Shown here piece after piece: positions 49,201 through 57,989 of a DNA stretch of 64,000 bases. Position 1 is the first letter of the stretch, and every line of letters starts with the position of its first letter. The notes below the pieces were generated by a model, which saw only the letters and a list, made by a program, of their open reading frames with translations, was not told the origin of the DNA and did not search any database. Origin of the DNA: Squalus acanthias (lineage: Eukaryota); contig CM059432.1 of NCBI GenBank assembly GCA_030390025.1, positions 107,324,001 to 107,388,000 of the forward strand. Reading direction: 5' to 3'. Both the position numbers and the translations under genes were made by a program.

Positions 49201-52200
49201 CTTTGCCTGTTAAGCAGGGAAGTTTAAGACAATTTAAAGTACCATTGGGTTATTGAACCAGGGCTGACCTTAAAGCAATGGTCAGTTTATTCACTTACAT
49301 TGAGTTACATAGAATGGACAGTGCAGAAACAGGCCATTCAGCCCAACAGGTCTATCCCGGTGTTTATGCTCCACACAAGCCTCGTCCTACCCCTCTTCAT
49401 CAAACCTTATCAGCATAACCTTCTATTCCTTTTTCCCTCATGTGTTTATCTAGCTTCCCCTTAAATACATGTATGCTATTCACCTCAACTTCAGTAAACT
49501 AATTAAAAGACATGCCAGTGAATACTGATTCATATATTTCAGAGAACATTTAATATTTAAGTACAGGACAAACAGGTGGTTCTGCAAAAGGAAAACATCT
49601 GAGTATACGCCATTCTTTTTAATTGGTGTTTCTGTAGAAGCTGGAGATTGGTATGGAATAATGCTGAATCAAAGACAGACTTAAAATTAAAAGTTTAACT
49701 TAGTGGAATAGCAATTATACGTAACAAGAGTGAAACTATCGAAATGATAACAAAGTACTGGTCTATGGAAAAAGAATTTGTGAAAACTAAAGTTATTGAT
49801 AAGGGATAAGTCAGTTACATTCTCCTTATATGAAATTGTATTTTAACTGTCATACAATTATGTAATGCAGAAACATATGGATTGTCACGTGGAAGGAATA
49901 AGAGAAATGTATTAAAAAAGGGTGTTTATAATAAGTAGTTGGATTCATAAAGGCCTATGGTACTGAGCTCCGAACTGTAACACATTTGAATACTTAATAA
50001 CTGTGCGATACCTGATGTTCAATGTATAAGAACCTTATTGATTTGAGGAGCAAATTATAAATAATAACCCCATTCCTCTAACGCCATGTCAATAGTTAGG
50101 TTCCTGGGACTTAATTGGTTGAGCAGAACTGTCCTTTGGGATCAGTTTCCTAGACAATCAGAGCCAAAGTGAACAATGGGATCTGTCGGACCCGCAGAGG
50201 CAAAAGGGCCCAACCCACAGGGTCACTAAGCAGTGATAGGGCTGCAACATTAAGGCCTGAACCTCCAATCTGTGCTTCCTTTTAGCGAAGCTCTGTGTCA
50301 GGAGTGAGGCCTCGTTGAATTTAACCTAAATTCAGAAAAATAGCCAAAATATTCAATAAGTTATATATTGGTTAGAAAAACTATAAAATTAAATTAATAA
50401 TAAAAGGACAGGGACAAAGAGATAGAAAGGGAGATCAAGGGAGAGCACAAGAAAAATTTTGAAATTAATGCTTTAAATTGTTCTTAGTGTTTATTCTAAT
50501 TGTAACAGGTTAATATTAGAGTAGCAGCCTACTCCTGTCATTATAATAGCTTTATCACTGTCATGTCCAACTTGTGAACTGAAAATGTTAACAATTGTCT
50601 AGAACAGGCATGCCAATTCCCCCACAGCTGTTGGTAGTTCAAGGGTTAATGCAGGATTTTTACTATTTGATATGTATTCAGCAGCATAAAAACATAAGAA
50701 ATTGGAGCAGGAGTAGGCCATTTGGCCCTTCGAGCCTGCTCCACCATTCAATATGATCATAGCTGATCTTCTACCTCATCTCCACTTTCCTGAACTATCC
50801 CCATATCCCTTGATTCCCTAAATATTCAAAAATCTATCGATCTCTGTCTTGAATATACTCAACGACTGAGCCTCCACAGCCCTGTGGGGTAGAGAATTCC
50901 AAAGATTCATCACCCTCTGAGTAAAGAAATTTCTCCTCATCTCAGTCCTAAATGGCCGACCCCTTATTCTGAGACTGTGACCCCTAGTTCGAGACAGAGA
51001 GCCAAGGAAGAGGTTTGCCTTGGATTTGACACCCTGGGTGGTTTAATTTGATCAAGGCACTTCATAGTCATTGTTACTCTGATTTGGTTTCTCTTTTGTT
51101 CCTTCTACGATTAAAATACACCATCTTACACACTCTTCCTCCACTCGACATTCTCACAGTAGTATGGTGGTTATGTTACTAGACAAATAATCTAGAACAA
51201 GGGCTCTCAACCGGAGGTCAGGGGTCCACAATAGCGTGGCGGGGGGTGGGGGTTGGTGCAGGAGGGAGAGAAGGAGCTGTCATCGTCCCCGCGCCATTTG
51301 CAAAGGCTCCACTCGCTGTCTGCCTCCTCCCCCGCGACAGCGACGCCGCTTTAGCCTGGGCTTCTATCCGCAACATGCCACTGAAGCCGAGCCACATGGT
51401 GGGGGCCAGCCTGCTCTACGCCTCCCTCACTCACTCACTATTGGCCGCCCGCGCCCTCCCTGGCTGTTGTGTCAGTTATTGTGAGGGGAAGCAGCACCAC
51501 CAGGGACATCACTAACCACCACCAACAGCGTCTCTCCTGCTGTGGCTGGTGGCGGAGAGGAGAACCCCTGATCTAGAGAACAGAATCCAAATCCCACTAT
51601 ATCAGCTTGAAAATTTGAATTCACTTTCACTTTGCTGGTACCAGCAGCAGCCATGAAGCTGTTGTAAAAACCCACTGGTTCACTACTATCCTTTAGGGAA
51701 GGAAACCTGCTGTCCTTACCTGGTCTGGCCTATGTGACTCCAGTCCCACACCAATGTCGTTGACTCGTAACTGCCCTGAAGTGGCCTAGCAAGCCACTCA
51801 GTTGTATCAAACTGCTACCAGCAGTTTAAGAAGAAGGCCCATCACCGCCTTCTCAGGGAAACTGGGGATGGGCAACAAATGCTGGCGTCCGCATCCCGAG
51901 AATTAATTTTTATAACATCTCCCACTCTTATCCTCGGACAGCAAAACTGTGGAACGTCTGATCTCCATCAGCCATTCCTTCCTCCTACAACATGTCGTTT
52001 TTCAAAACCTGACTGACATCACTACCTCCAGGTTTATTCTTTCTTCTCTTTTATCCTCCTCATCTTTGGTCATGTCCTTCCCTATATACCTTGGTCCTTC
52101 ATTGAGGTTTCACAACAAAAATAACTCCTGGACATACCTTCTCTCCTTTGAGGCCTAGATCGCCTGCCGTTCCTTTAAATCCCTGAGATCCTTGTTTACC

Positions 52201-55200
52201 CTGAATTTAAATTTAAAAAGAACATGTATTTAAAAAACACATAAATATTTATTTACTTTATATTAGTAAGCAAAATCATTGAAGAGGAACTTCAAAAAGG
52301 ACTCCTATCAATCACTGACTTGACCAAAATCCAAAATGCTGATTATAATGAAGTATATACACATCACTCCACGATACTGGGAGAATTGCAAACATCAGTC
52401 TTTTATGTGCACAAAAGCAAAATACTGCGAATGCTGGAAATCTGCAATAAAACAGGAAATGCTGGAAATACCAGTTCTGACGAAGGGTCATCGACCTGCA
52501 ACGTTAACTCTGTTTTTCTCTCCACAGATGCTGCCTGACCCGCTGAGTTTTTCCAGCATTTTCAGTCTTTTATGTGTCACAGTTTAACAGAAATCCACAA
52601 AGAAACAGTCGCTGTATCTGCTATATTCCTCATTCTTACTATGAGTAAATCAGGAAATCTGGTTATTTTTGCTGTCTTTGGGCTTAAGCCCTTGGTTCCT
52701 CATATGATAGATGTTGCACGTTGGTTGTGTGGTCAAGGGAGAACAAGGGAGTTTGGCTTCATTCTGCATAGAGGGTGATAATATGTTTGAGATTGTCACA
52801 AACTCTTAAACTAATTGATACAGGCTCAAATTTAGACAAGGGAAAGTGCACAGACAGTTTAGGCTTACCGACTTTACACAGAGGGTGGTGAATGTGTGAG
52901 GAATGGGACTGCCCTAGGGGGTAGACAGTGTGGAAAAATGAAGGGAGAGTTGGATAGATGTTTGAGGGACGTGGGCGATTGAGGGGAATTAATTTTTTAG
53001 ACTGGCCAGACAGACTGGAGAGTGTTTTCCAGCCATGTATTTTTTTTAATATATGTTCCTATGGATGTCAGTGCTGGAAATGGAACAATTTTCTACTTTT
53101 GTCATCCAGTGTCAGCATCAGACATTTCCAGGTCAGGTCACTGGCCAACATTTGTACCTTCCACAAACTCCATCTCACAAGGATACTATTTGCTCCAGCT
53201 ATCTCCTTTGAGTCTCTGAATGAGACTACCAACTTAGCGCCAATTAATGATGAATTATGTGCAGCGGCGGGGCTGGCAATAATGCCTGCCAAACTCATTG
53301 CATAATCGCAGTCATCAAAGAGAGGAGAATTCCAACCCATCAGCCGCTGCTGCAATTGCAGCCAGCTCCCAGAGGTGAAAGGGCCTTGTGTTAACCCACT
53401 CTTCAAACCCAGTCTCTCATTTTTAAGACACTTTCATTTTCCACAATCAAGGTTTTTCGTAGATAGCATAGTTTACAAATCTGGTTGGCTTTGATTCCAT
53501 AATATATGTTCCTCCAAATCGCGGGGCAAGAATTAGCATCTCAAAACCAGAGATAATTGCACGGTAGGAATTGTACACATAGCTGAACTCACCATCTCTC
53601 AATGAGTCCAGGAATTCTGTCACAAGTAGGACAGATCCACAGCCTGTAAATATCATGATGTACGATTCAGTAATACAAGTGAAAGAGCTGCCAACAATCG
53701 CACCTGACCTTGCTTTATGAGTGGATAGGGAAGACATTTAAGCTGAGTGGTCAAGTGGGAGGCAAGTTGTGGTTTCCAAGGCAATTTAATTTCTATTTTG
53801 ATCAGTTTCTGTGTAAAATCATAGAATCAGGACAAATGAAGGCCATTCAGCTTATCCCGACTGTGGCAGCTTCCTGAAAGAGCAATTCATTTAGTCCCAC
53901 TCCCCTGCGCTTTTAAAAATTTTCTTTTTCAAATATAAATTCACTTCCTTTTTAAAATCTATTCTGGATTCTGCTTTTGCCACTGTTTCTGGCAAGGCAT
54001 TCTAGGATAGATTTTAACTTTCACCATCGGCCAGGGAAAACGGTAGTAGCAAATTGGCTGCCTGTTAGAGACCCTGCCCAATTTTGCTTTCTGTTAACTT
54101 CAATGGAAATATAAAAATAAAAATTCTCCTAACTTCTCCCTTTGTTCTTTTAGTGATGCTATAAAAGGTTTAATAGTTAACGTACATATGGTCCATGTGA
54201 CATCCTGGACTGCTGGTTTTGATCGCGTGAGGAGAGGAATTTTCCAGACTTCTTTATTCCCTTATCGGCCCTGGGTTTCTCTGGGATTTGCCACTCCCAG
54301 GATATTGCATGGCTGTGGAGTGGGGCGGGGTAGGAAGTTTCTAGTCATGATGCTCCAAGCATCATAATTTGGAACCCTTCTATCAAATCTCCTCTCAACC
54401 TTCTTTGTCGAATGAAGAGACCACCAGTTTCTCTCATCTCTCCTTATAACTAAAGTCTATCATCCCTGGTATCATTTTAGTGAATCCCTTCTGTACCCTT
54501 TCTATGACCTTAACATCCTTCCTAAAACAGGGTGCCCAAAAACAAGGTAAACATTTCCAGCTTCCTTGGTCACTCCTTGTAGCTCTGGTGCCTAATCCCC
54601 GGTATTAGTTAAGTTTCCTTCCTCTGTACCCTCTCCAAGAACCGTTCCCACTGTAGTATGTTGATTAGAATTAAGCACCGTTCTTCAGGTGGGACCAAAC
54701 CCCACAAGCTCACTATCACCCCTGGCATTTATGTTCTATCCCTCTATCATAGGATTACACAGAATATACAGCACAGAAACAGGCCATTCAGTCCAACCAG
54801 TCCATGCCGCCATTTATGCTCCACTCGAGCCTCCTCCCATCCTTCCTCATCTAACTATCACCATAACCCTCTATTCCCTTCTCCCTCATATGCTTATCTA
54901 GCTTTCCCTTAAATGCATCTATACTATTCGCCTCAACTACTCCCTGTGGTAGCGAGTTCCACATTCTCACCACTCTCTGGGTAAAGAAGTTTCTTCTGAA
55001 TTCCCTATTGGATTTCTTGGTGACTATCTTATATTGATGGCCTCTAGTTATGCTCTTCCCCACAAGTGGAAACATTCTCTCTCTATCCACTCTATCAAAA
55101 CCTTTCATAATTTTAAATACCTCTATTAGGTCACTTCTTAGCCTTCTCTTTTCAAAAGAGACCCAGCCTGTTCATCCTTTCCTGATAGATATAACCTCAC

Positions 55201-56863
55201 AGTTCTGGTATTGTCCTTGTAATTCTTTTTTGCACCCTCTCCAGTGCCTCTATATCCTTTCTATAATATGGCGACAAGAACTGTACACAGTACTCCAAGT
55301 GTGGTCTAACCAAGTTTTAACTTCAGCCCAAAACGGGAGTGAGGTCAGCGGTAAGTCCGCGGCTCCTGCCCAAAAGCCACCGTCAGGAGGCCCAAACTGT
55401 TTTCAGGTCTAAAATTGGTGGGCTGCTGCATGACAAGTCGTGTTTGTTGGGAGGGAGAGTCGATCCCCAGTTGGAGGGAGATGGCGAGGCTCTGTAGTTT
55501 TGTGGGGCCTACAGGAGCATTTCTGCTCTTTCAGGTCCCACAAAAGTTCCCCATCTCAAAAAACTTCCTGTGTTGTTTTTGGAGCGGCCGCCAGCGGTCC
55601 TTTTACAATTGGGCCTATTGTGCATGGCGCACGCTTCTTTTTTTATTTGTTCCTGGGATGTGGGCGTCGCTGGCAAGTCCAGCATTTATTGCCCATCCCT
55701 AATTGCCCTTAAGTAGGTGGTGGTGAGCCGCCTTTTTGAACCACTGCAGTCCGTGAGGTGAAGATACTCCCAAGTGCTGTTAGGGAGGGAGTGCCAGGAT
55801 TCTGACCCAGCGACGATTAAGGAACGGCGATATACTTCCAAGTCAGGATGGTGGGTGACTTGGAGGGGAACTTCATCCATTTACACACGAAAATGGCAAT
55901 CGGGGTCCTTCAATCAGCGTAGGACCCCAATTTGCATATTTAAACACCTTCCCATCTGTTTTGGGCGGGAGTGCTGGGTGGCCATTAAAAGGCCTGTCTG
56001 AAAATGGAATCAGGTGGACTTTGGGCGTCAAAGGTGTGTCCAATGTACCCAGCCGATGTTTGTCTTCTGGTCGCCCATTTTACAAGTGAGACACAGGTGA
56101 GCAGCAGTTGAAAATCGTAATATCTACTGAATTTTCCTTATCCACGACCTTTATTATTGCTTTGAAGACAACCAAATTCCCCAATATGTGCCTCTGTCAT
56201 GTGAAGCGACTTAAATTAAACACTTACAGGCAATCCATCTTTTCCAGGGCCACCCTGTAATGAGAAAGTACAATTAGAAAAGGGTGCTAAAATAGATTAT
56301 CAATCCTATTAAAAGTACACAAAATGTTTCTGTTAGGCCAGTGACACAGTGGTTATCTGCCTTACAGGTTTTGATCAAAGTTCAGATTTCAGCAGAGATT
56401 ACAGGGAACATGCTGCTCCATAAATGCTTGGGTAGCAGATTGCTGGGGAGTTTCATTCCGGCTCGCTAATGTTGACCACGCAAGAGTACAGCCCCTATCA
56501 GTTGGCCAACATCCCCGTTGGCAGCCACAAGCCCCATGGTGTACGCTGCTTCAAAGTAGCGTTTGAAACGTGGCTGCAACATTGGCTTGACAGGCATTGG
56601 AGTACACTCGGACCCCGGAGATATCTTTTTTTAGTTCAAGGTTAGTTAAACAAAGGAGCAAGCAGCACAGCTGCATTAAAATCCCCCGTTAATTTACTCA
56701 CTGGTTTACCATCTTTTCCTGGTGGACCTGGTGGGCATATTGGCCCTGGTGGGCCAGATTCTACAGGATTAACTTCTCTCACTGTGGGCAGGCTGGGTGG
56801 TCCAGGCATTCCTGGTTCACCTTTGTCGCCCTTGAGTCCAGGCAATCCCAGTCCATCTTCACC
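4232..56863 (-). CDS. COL15A1: Multiplexin collagen gene, internal part (15 exons found, 377 aa); most likely collagen alpha-1(XV)
   Basis: Fifteen GT-AG-bounded phase-0 exons splice into an interrupted Gly-X-Y chain with multiplexin motifs: DAEGSG..EIIR|GLPGPPG, ..[41 protein letters not shown]. The GFE|DxxxSG junction and the LLxNDT exon match my recollection of COL15A1 better than COL18A1. Confidence 0.75.
4390..4464 (-). CDS. COL15A1: Collagen exon (75 nt): [25 protein letters not shown]
   Basis: Acceptor gcacag, donor gtgagt. Confidence 0.92.
5253..5433. repeat. Unclassified 181-bp repeat, copy 1 (copy 2 at 8785-8965)
   Basis: Gap-free alignment with 8785-8965, about 22 substitutions by hand count. 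Confidence 0.9.
6402..6437 (-). CDS. COL15A1: Collagen exon (36 nt): [12 protein letters not shown]
   Basis: Acceptor ccacag, donor gtaaga. Confidence 0.93.
7328..8245 (-). mobile_element. CR1-group LINE 3' fragment (same family as 30229-32790)
   Basis: ORF 7530..8018 [42 protein letters not shown] (RT C-terminal region); shared 3' tail. Confidence 0.88.
8785..8965. repeat. Unclassified 181-bp repeat, copy 2
   Basis: Direct-orientation copy of 5253-5433. Confidence 0.9.
10421..10700 (+). mobile_element. Penelope-like pLTR fragment with a hammerhead motif; 6-bp TSD CATAAC
   Basis: CATAAC at 10415-10420 and 10701-10706; nearly identical to the pLTR of the GIY-YIG-bearing insertion at 19892-20500. 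Confidence 0.85.
10568..10604 (+). ncRNA. Minimal type I hammerhead ribozyme motif (intact core)
   Basis: agtt CTGACGA a aggtc-atc-gacct GAAA CG TT aact: stem I agtt/aact, 5-bp stem II, palindromic ACGT stem III. Confidence 0.72.
11560..12140 (-). mobile_element. Degenerate CR1 LINE 3' fragment
   Basis: Similar to the RT C-terminal region at 54745-55315. Confidence 0.75.
12145..12432 (-). mobile_element. DeuSINE (SacSINE1-like) partial copy
   Basis: Reverse complement of the SINE at 17868-18305 (tRNA-like head and central domain). Confidence 0.75.
12795..16330 (+). mobile_element. CR1 (HER1-like) LINE, near-complete ORF2 (APE endonuclease + RT), disrupted by a frameshift at ~14493 and a SINE insertion
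   Basis: ORF 12862..14514 (CLNARSI, GITETW, MGDFN, SDH), 14502..14729 and 15016..16227 ([14 protein letters not shown]); (TTTCTATG)n tail at ~16303-16329. Confidence 0.96.
14712..15153 (+). mobile_element. HE1-like tRNA-derived V-SINE with a CR1-derived tail, nested in the CR1 RT
   Basis: A box tggcatagtgg, B box ggttcaaatc, V-domain gagtttgcacattctccccgtgtctgcgtgggtttcctccgggtgctccggtttcctcccaca; tail matches the host LINE 3' end; splits FDK|VPH. Confidence 0.9.
17022..17785. mobile_element. Harbinger-type MITE (GC-rich arms, AT-rich core)
   Basis: Terminal inverted repeats ggcccagaaattaaac / gtttaattttcgggcc. Confidence 0.75.
17868..18305 (+). mobile_element. DeuSINE (SacSINE1/AmnSINE1-like), near full length
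   Basis: tRNA-like head gtggctcagtggtagcactc; central cccatggcactattttgaagaagggcagggg domain; tail gtgaaaggcgctatataaatgcaagtctttctt. Confidence 0.82.
18576..18638 (-). CDS. COL15A1: Collagen exon (63 nt): [21 protein letters not shown]
   Basis: Acceptor tttaag, donor gttagt; within ORF 18465..18674. Confidence 0.9.
19050..19625 (-). mobile_element. CR1-group LINE 3' fragment
   Basis: Similar to 7328-7900 and 32300-32790. Confidence 0.82.
19892..20500 (-). mobile_element. Penelope-like element 3' end: GIY-YIG endonuclease C-terminus + pLTR with a decayed hammerhead; 11-bp TSD
   Basis: ORF 20324..20551 [40 protein letters not shown] at 19881-19891 and 20501-20511; inserted in a CR1-like 3' UTR. 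Confidence 0.9.
21002..21023. repeat. Poly-G run (22 nt)
   Basis: Direct read. Confidence 0.9.
21690..22330 (-). mobile_element. Highly degenerate L2 LINE 3' fragment
   Basis: ORF 21668..21934 [14 protein letters not shown] resembles the L2 C-terminus in ORF 37106..37846 ([14 protein letters not shown]). Confidence 0.6.
22374..24396 (+). mobile_element. Non-autonomous PIF/Harbinger element with Myb/SANT remnant; TTA TSD
   Basis: TTA|gggggtgaaatt ... aatttcacggcc|TTA; Myb-like [29 protein letters not shown] (22737..22940); homologous copy at 61981-64000. Confidence 0.85.
24687..24722 (-). CDS. COL15A1: Collagen exon (36 nt): [12 protein letters not shown]
   Basis: Acceptor ttgtag, donor gtaagt. 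Confidence 0.92.
25656..25782 (+). mobile_element. 127-bp Penelope-type mini-insertion with 10-bp TSD
   Basis: ATCTTTTAAA at 25646-25655 and 25783-25792; contains a hammerhead motif followed by aataaa. Confidence 0.8.
25663..25697 (+). ncRNA. Minimal type I hammerhead ribozyme motif (intact core)
   Basis: tac CTGACGA a ggagc-aga-gctcc GAAA GC TC gta: palindromic AGCT stem III, CUC cleavage triplet. Confidence 0.75.
26949..27252. repeat. G-rich 74-bp minisatellite, about 4 copies
   Basis: Units start at 26949, 27023 and 27097 (gattgcgggggtctggaggaggag...), followed by degenerate copies. Confidence 0.9.
28099..28176 (-). CDS. COL15A1: Collagen exon (78 nt): [26 protein letters not shown]
   Basis: Acceptor caacag, donor gtaaga; DMExSG motif followed by Gly-X-Y. 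Confidence 0.92.
28390..28570 (-). mobile_element. CR1 3' end fragment
   Basis: cataggaacaggaggaggccattcagcc..., similar to 9830-10040. Confidence 0.7.
28572..29274. mobile_element. Harbinger-like element end fragment
   Basis: TIR-like end aaaatcgagccc with a GC-rich subterminal region; no partner TIR found. Confidence 0.45.
29916..30228 (-). mobile_element. MITE fragment related to 36024-36721, ending at the SINE-LINE element
   Basis: ggggggaaaattcg terminus; cctcccgttagcgcc is the reverse complement of the right end of the 36024 element. Confidence 0.65.
30229..32790 (+). mobile_element. CR1-group LINE (decayed APE endonuclease + RT, internally deleted) joined to a tRNA-SINE head
   Basis: B box gagttcaaatcc at ~30261; [42 protein letters not shown] and FAD motif at ~31930; 3' tail ctcaagggcaactagggatggg. 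Confidence 0.88.
33390..34050 (-). mobile_element. Old degenerate CR1 RT fragment
   Basis: KANRML..EV..HLEYC remnant (ORF 33393..33662); tggtgtcatctgcaaat is FADDT on the minus strand. Confidence 0.7.
34142..34279 (-). CDS. COL15A1: Collagen exon (138 nt): [46 protein letters not shown]
   Basis: Acceptor tttcag, donor gtaatt; ends in GFE like the corresponding COL15A1 exon. Confidence 0.93.
35180..35500 (+). mobile_element. tRNA-derived SINE (family of 43580-43990), degenerate
   Basis: gttactggaccagcaaccc..gggtttgaatcccacc head; ctcagggcaactagggg tail. Confidence 0.7.
35525..35569 (-). CDS. COL15A1: Collagen exon (45 nt): [15 protein letters not shown]
   Basis: Acceptor ttgcag, donor gtaaat, five Gly-X-Y triplets. 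Confidence 0.92.
36024..36721. mobile_element. CpG-rich Harbinger/Tourist-type MITE, 698 bp, TAT TSD
   Basis: TAT|GGGGGAAAAATT ... AATTTTTCCCCC|TAT: perfect 12-bp TIR and 3-bp TSD. Confidence 0.9.
36995..37958 (-). mobile_element. L2 LINE 3' fragment with (TTG)n tail, flanked by a 122-bp direct duplication
   Basis: ORF 37106..37846 ([38 protein letters not shown]). Confidence 0.92.
38713..38775 (-). CDS. COL15A1: Collagen exon (63 nt): [21 protein letters not shown]
   Basis: Acceptor ttatag, donor gtaagt; Gly-X-Y with Ala at two Gly positions. Confidence 0.88.
39251..39657. mobile_element. Tc1/mariner (Tigger/pogo-like) MITE with an internal 70-bp tandem duplication
   Basis: TA|caggaaactctttattaaccggcacc ... 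ggtgccggataaacaaaaggtttatg imperfect TIRs; repeated unit at 39483 and 39553. Confidence 0.6.
39940..40330 (+). mobile_element. CR1-like 3' end fragment (ttcatatg tail family); inverted relative at ~40340-40500
   Basis: Similar to the host repeat at ~19815-20720. Confidence 0.65.
43395..43544 (-). CDS. COL15A1: Collagen exon (150 nt): [50 protein letters not shown]
   Basis: Acceptor ttctag, donor gtaagt; overlaps ORF 43326..43514. Confidence 0.94.
43580..43990 (+). mobile_element. tRNA-derived SINE sharing head and tail with the 30229-32790 element
   Basis: Head matches 30231-30460; tail matches ~32690-32780. Confidence 0.82.
44370..44439. mobile_element. 70-bp internally deleted derivative of the 36024-36721 MITE family
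   Basis: Left and right ends of the MITE joined at a single ggcgctaac. Confidence 0.8.
45360..45422 (-). CDS. COL15A1: Non-collagenous exon (63 nt): [21 protein letters not shown], with an acidic Ser-Gly GAG-attachment motif
   Basis: Strong acceptor (tcttttctcactctgcag), donor gtgagt; EGSG motif typical of multiplexins. Confidence 0.92.
45690..47390 (+). mobile_element. Degenerate L2 LINE (EN to RT region)
   Basis: Pyrimidine-rich L2 remnants: ggtcacccccttgac (GHPLD), cttgaccccattcccact (LDPIPT), caatcaggtttccgc (QSGFR). Confidence 0.75.
48130..48400 (-). mobile_element. DeuSINE partial copy
   Basis: Similar to 12145-12432. Confidence 0.65.
48584..48655 (-). CDS. COL15A1: Collagen exon (72 nt): [24 protein letters not shown]
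   Basis: Pyrimidine tract + cag acceptor, donor gtaagt, GPP run. Confidence 0.93.
50692..50990 (-). mobile_element. CR1 3' end fragment
   Basis: Very similar to 1185-1411. Confidence 0.8.
51160..51905 (+). mobile_element. tRNA-derived SINE (family of 43580-43990) interrupted by a hAT MITE
   Basis: Head tggttatgttactagac; resumes at 51571; shared tail to ~51900. Confidence 0.75.
51198..51570. mobile_element. hAT (Charlie-like) MITE, 373 bp
   Basis: TIRs caagggctctc / gagaacccctg; 8-bp TSD atctagaa / atctagag (NTCTAGAN target). Confidence 0.8.
52138..52200 (-). CDS. COL15A1: Collagen exon (63 nt): [21 protein letters not shown]
   Basis: Acceptor attcag, donor gtatgt, seven Gly-X-Y triplets. 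Confidence 0.92.
52410..52561 (+). mobile_element. Penelope-type mini-insertion (inverted pLTR piece + hammerhead with GAAA>GCAA); 15-bp TSD
   Basis: TCAGTCTTTTATGTG at 52395-52409 and 52562-52576; same pLTR family as 10421-10700. Confidence 0.85.
54745..55315 (-). mobile_element. CR1 LINE 3' fragment
   Basis: ORF 54851..55108 ([25 protein letters not shown]). Confidence 0.88.
55645..55875 (-). mobile_element. CR1-group LINE 3' tail fragment
   Basis: Matches 7340-7560. Confidence 0.8.
56228..56254 (-). CDS. COL15A1: Collagen exon (27 nt): GGPGKDGLP
   Basis: Acceptor ttacag, donor gtaagt, three Gly-X-Y triplets. Confidence 0.88.
56702..56863 (-). CDS. COL15A1: Collagen exon (162 nt): [54 protein letters not shown]
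   Basis: Acceptor tctgtag, donor gtgagt, open frame with Gly-X-Y. Confidence 0.93.
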
Positions 56864-57384
56864 CTACAGATAAATCAACAAAAGCCACAGAAATAGTCTT
56901 TAAATGGAATGATATTGTAAGTAACTTAAGACTGACCAGAAACAGCAGCAAATATAACTTAAAGTTTGATAGACCAGTAGATTTACCATATTGTATTGTG
57001 TTGTACTGTTTAGTATCTTTGAATCATAGAACTATAGAATGTGACAGCACAGGAACTGGCCATTCATCCCAGGGAGCGTGCACCAATGTTTTTCTCCACC
57101 CTGTCTAATCCTATGCTCCTGATTACTCCTTATACCCTCTACTCTTTGTCTTTTTTTTTCAGCTTCTAATTCCCTTTTAAAAGAAATTTTGGACTCAACA
57201 AAAGTTTGTGGCAGAGAATTCCACATTCTAACCAACCTCTGTGAGAAAAGTTTTTTGAAATACCCTTTAATTCTTTGTGTTATCTTAAATTTGTGCCTTC
57301 TCATTACCAGCTCATTGACCAACAGAAACAATCAAACAATATTTATCTCATTATTACGCTTCGTGACACAAAATTAACTTTTTG

Positions 57385-57862
57385 TCCGTGTAACTCGCAC
57401 CAAGTCCCATTCGCCCATCTCCCCTGTGCTCGCTGACCTACATTGGCTCCCGGTTAAGCAACGCCTCGATTTCAAAATTCTCATCTTGTTTTCAAATCCC
57501 TCCATGGTCTCGCCGCTCCCTATCTCTGTAATCTCCTTCAGCCCCACAACCACCCTAGATATCTGCGCTCCTCTAATTCTGCCCTCTTGAGCATCCCCGA
57601 TTATAATTGCTCAACCATTGGTGGCCGTGCCTTCTGTTGCCAGGGCCCTAAGCTCTGGAATTCCCTGCCTAACCCTCTCTACCTATATTTCCTCCTTTAA
57701 GACGCTCCTTAAAACCTATCTCTGTGACCAAGCTTTTGGTCACCTGCCCTAATTTCTCCTTATGTGGCTCGGTGTCAAATTTTTGTCTTTTAATGCTCCT
57801 GTGAAACGCCTTGGGACGTTTTACTACATTAAAAGCGTTATATAAATAAAAGTTGTTGTTGT
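57385..57862 (+). mobile_element. L2 LINE 3' end with (TTG)n tail
   Basis: Close reverse complement of ~37000-37480. Confidence 0.88.
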
Positions 57863-57989
57863 GTTGATTTTTTGACTTAGAATTTTTTATTGCTAGATAC
57901 AGCGTGAAAGGGGTTAACACCAAAAAAGTATTTTTTTAAAGCCATGAGCTCAACAACAATCTTTAAGGTAGAAAAAAATGTTCCGAGTG

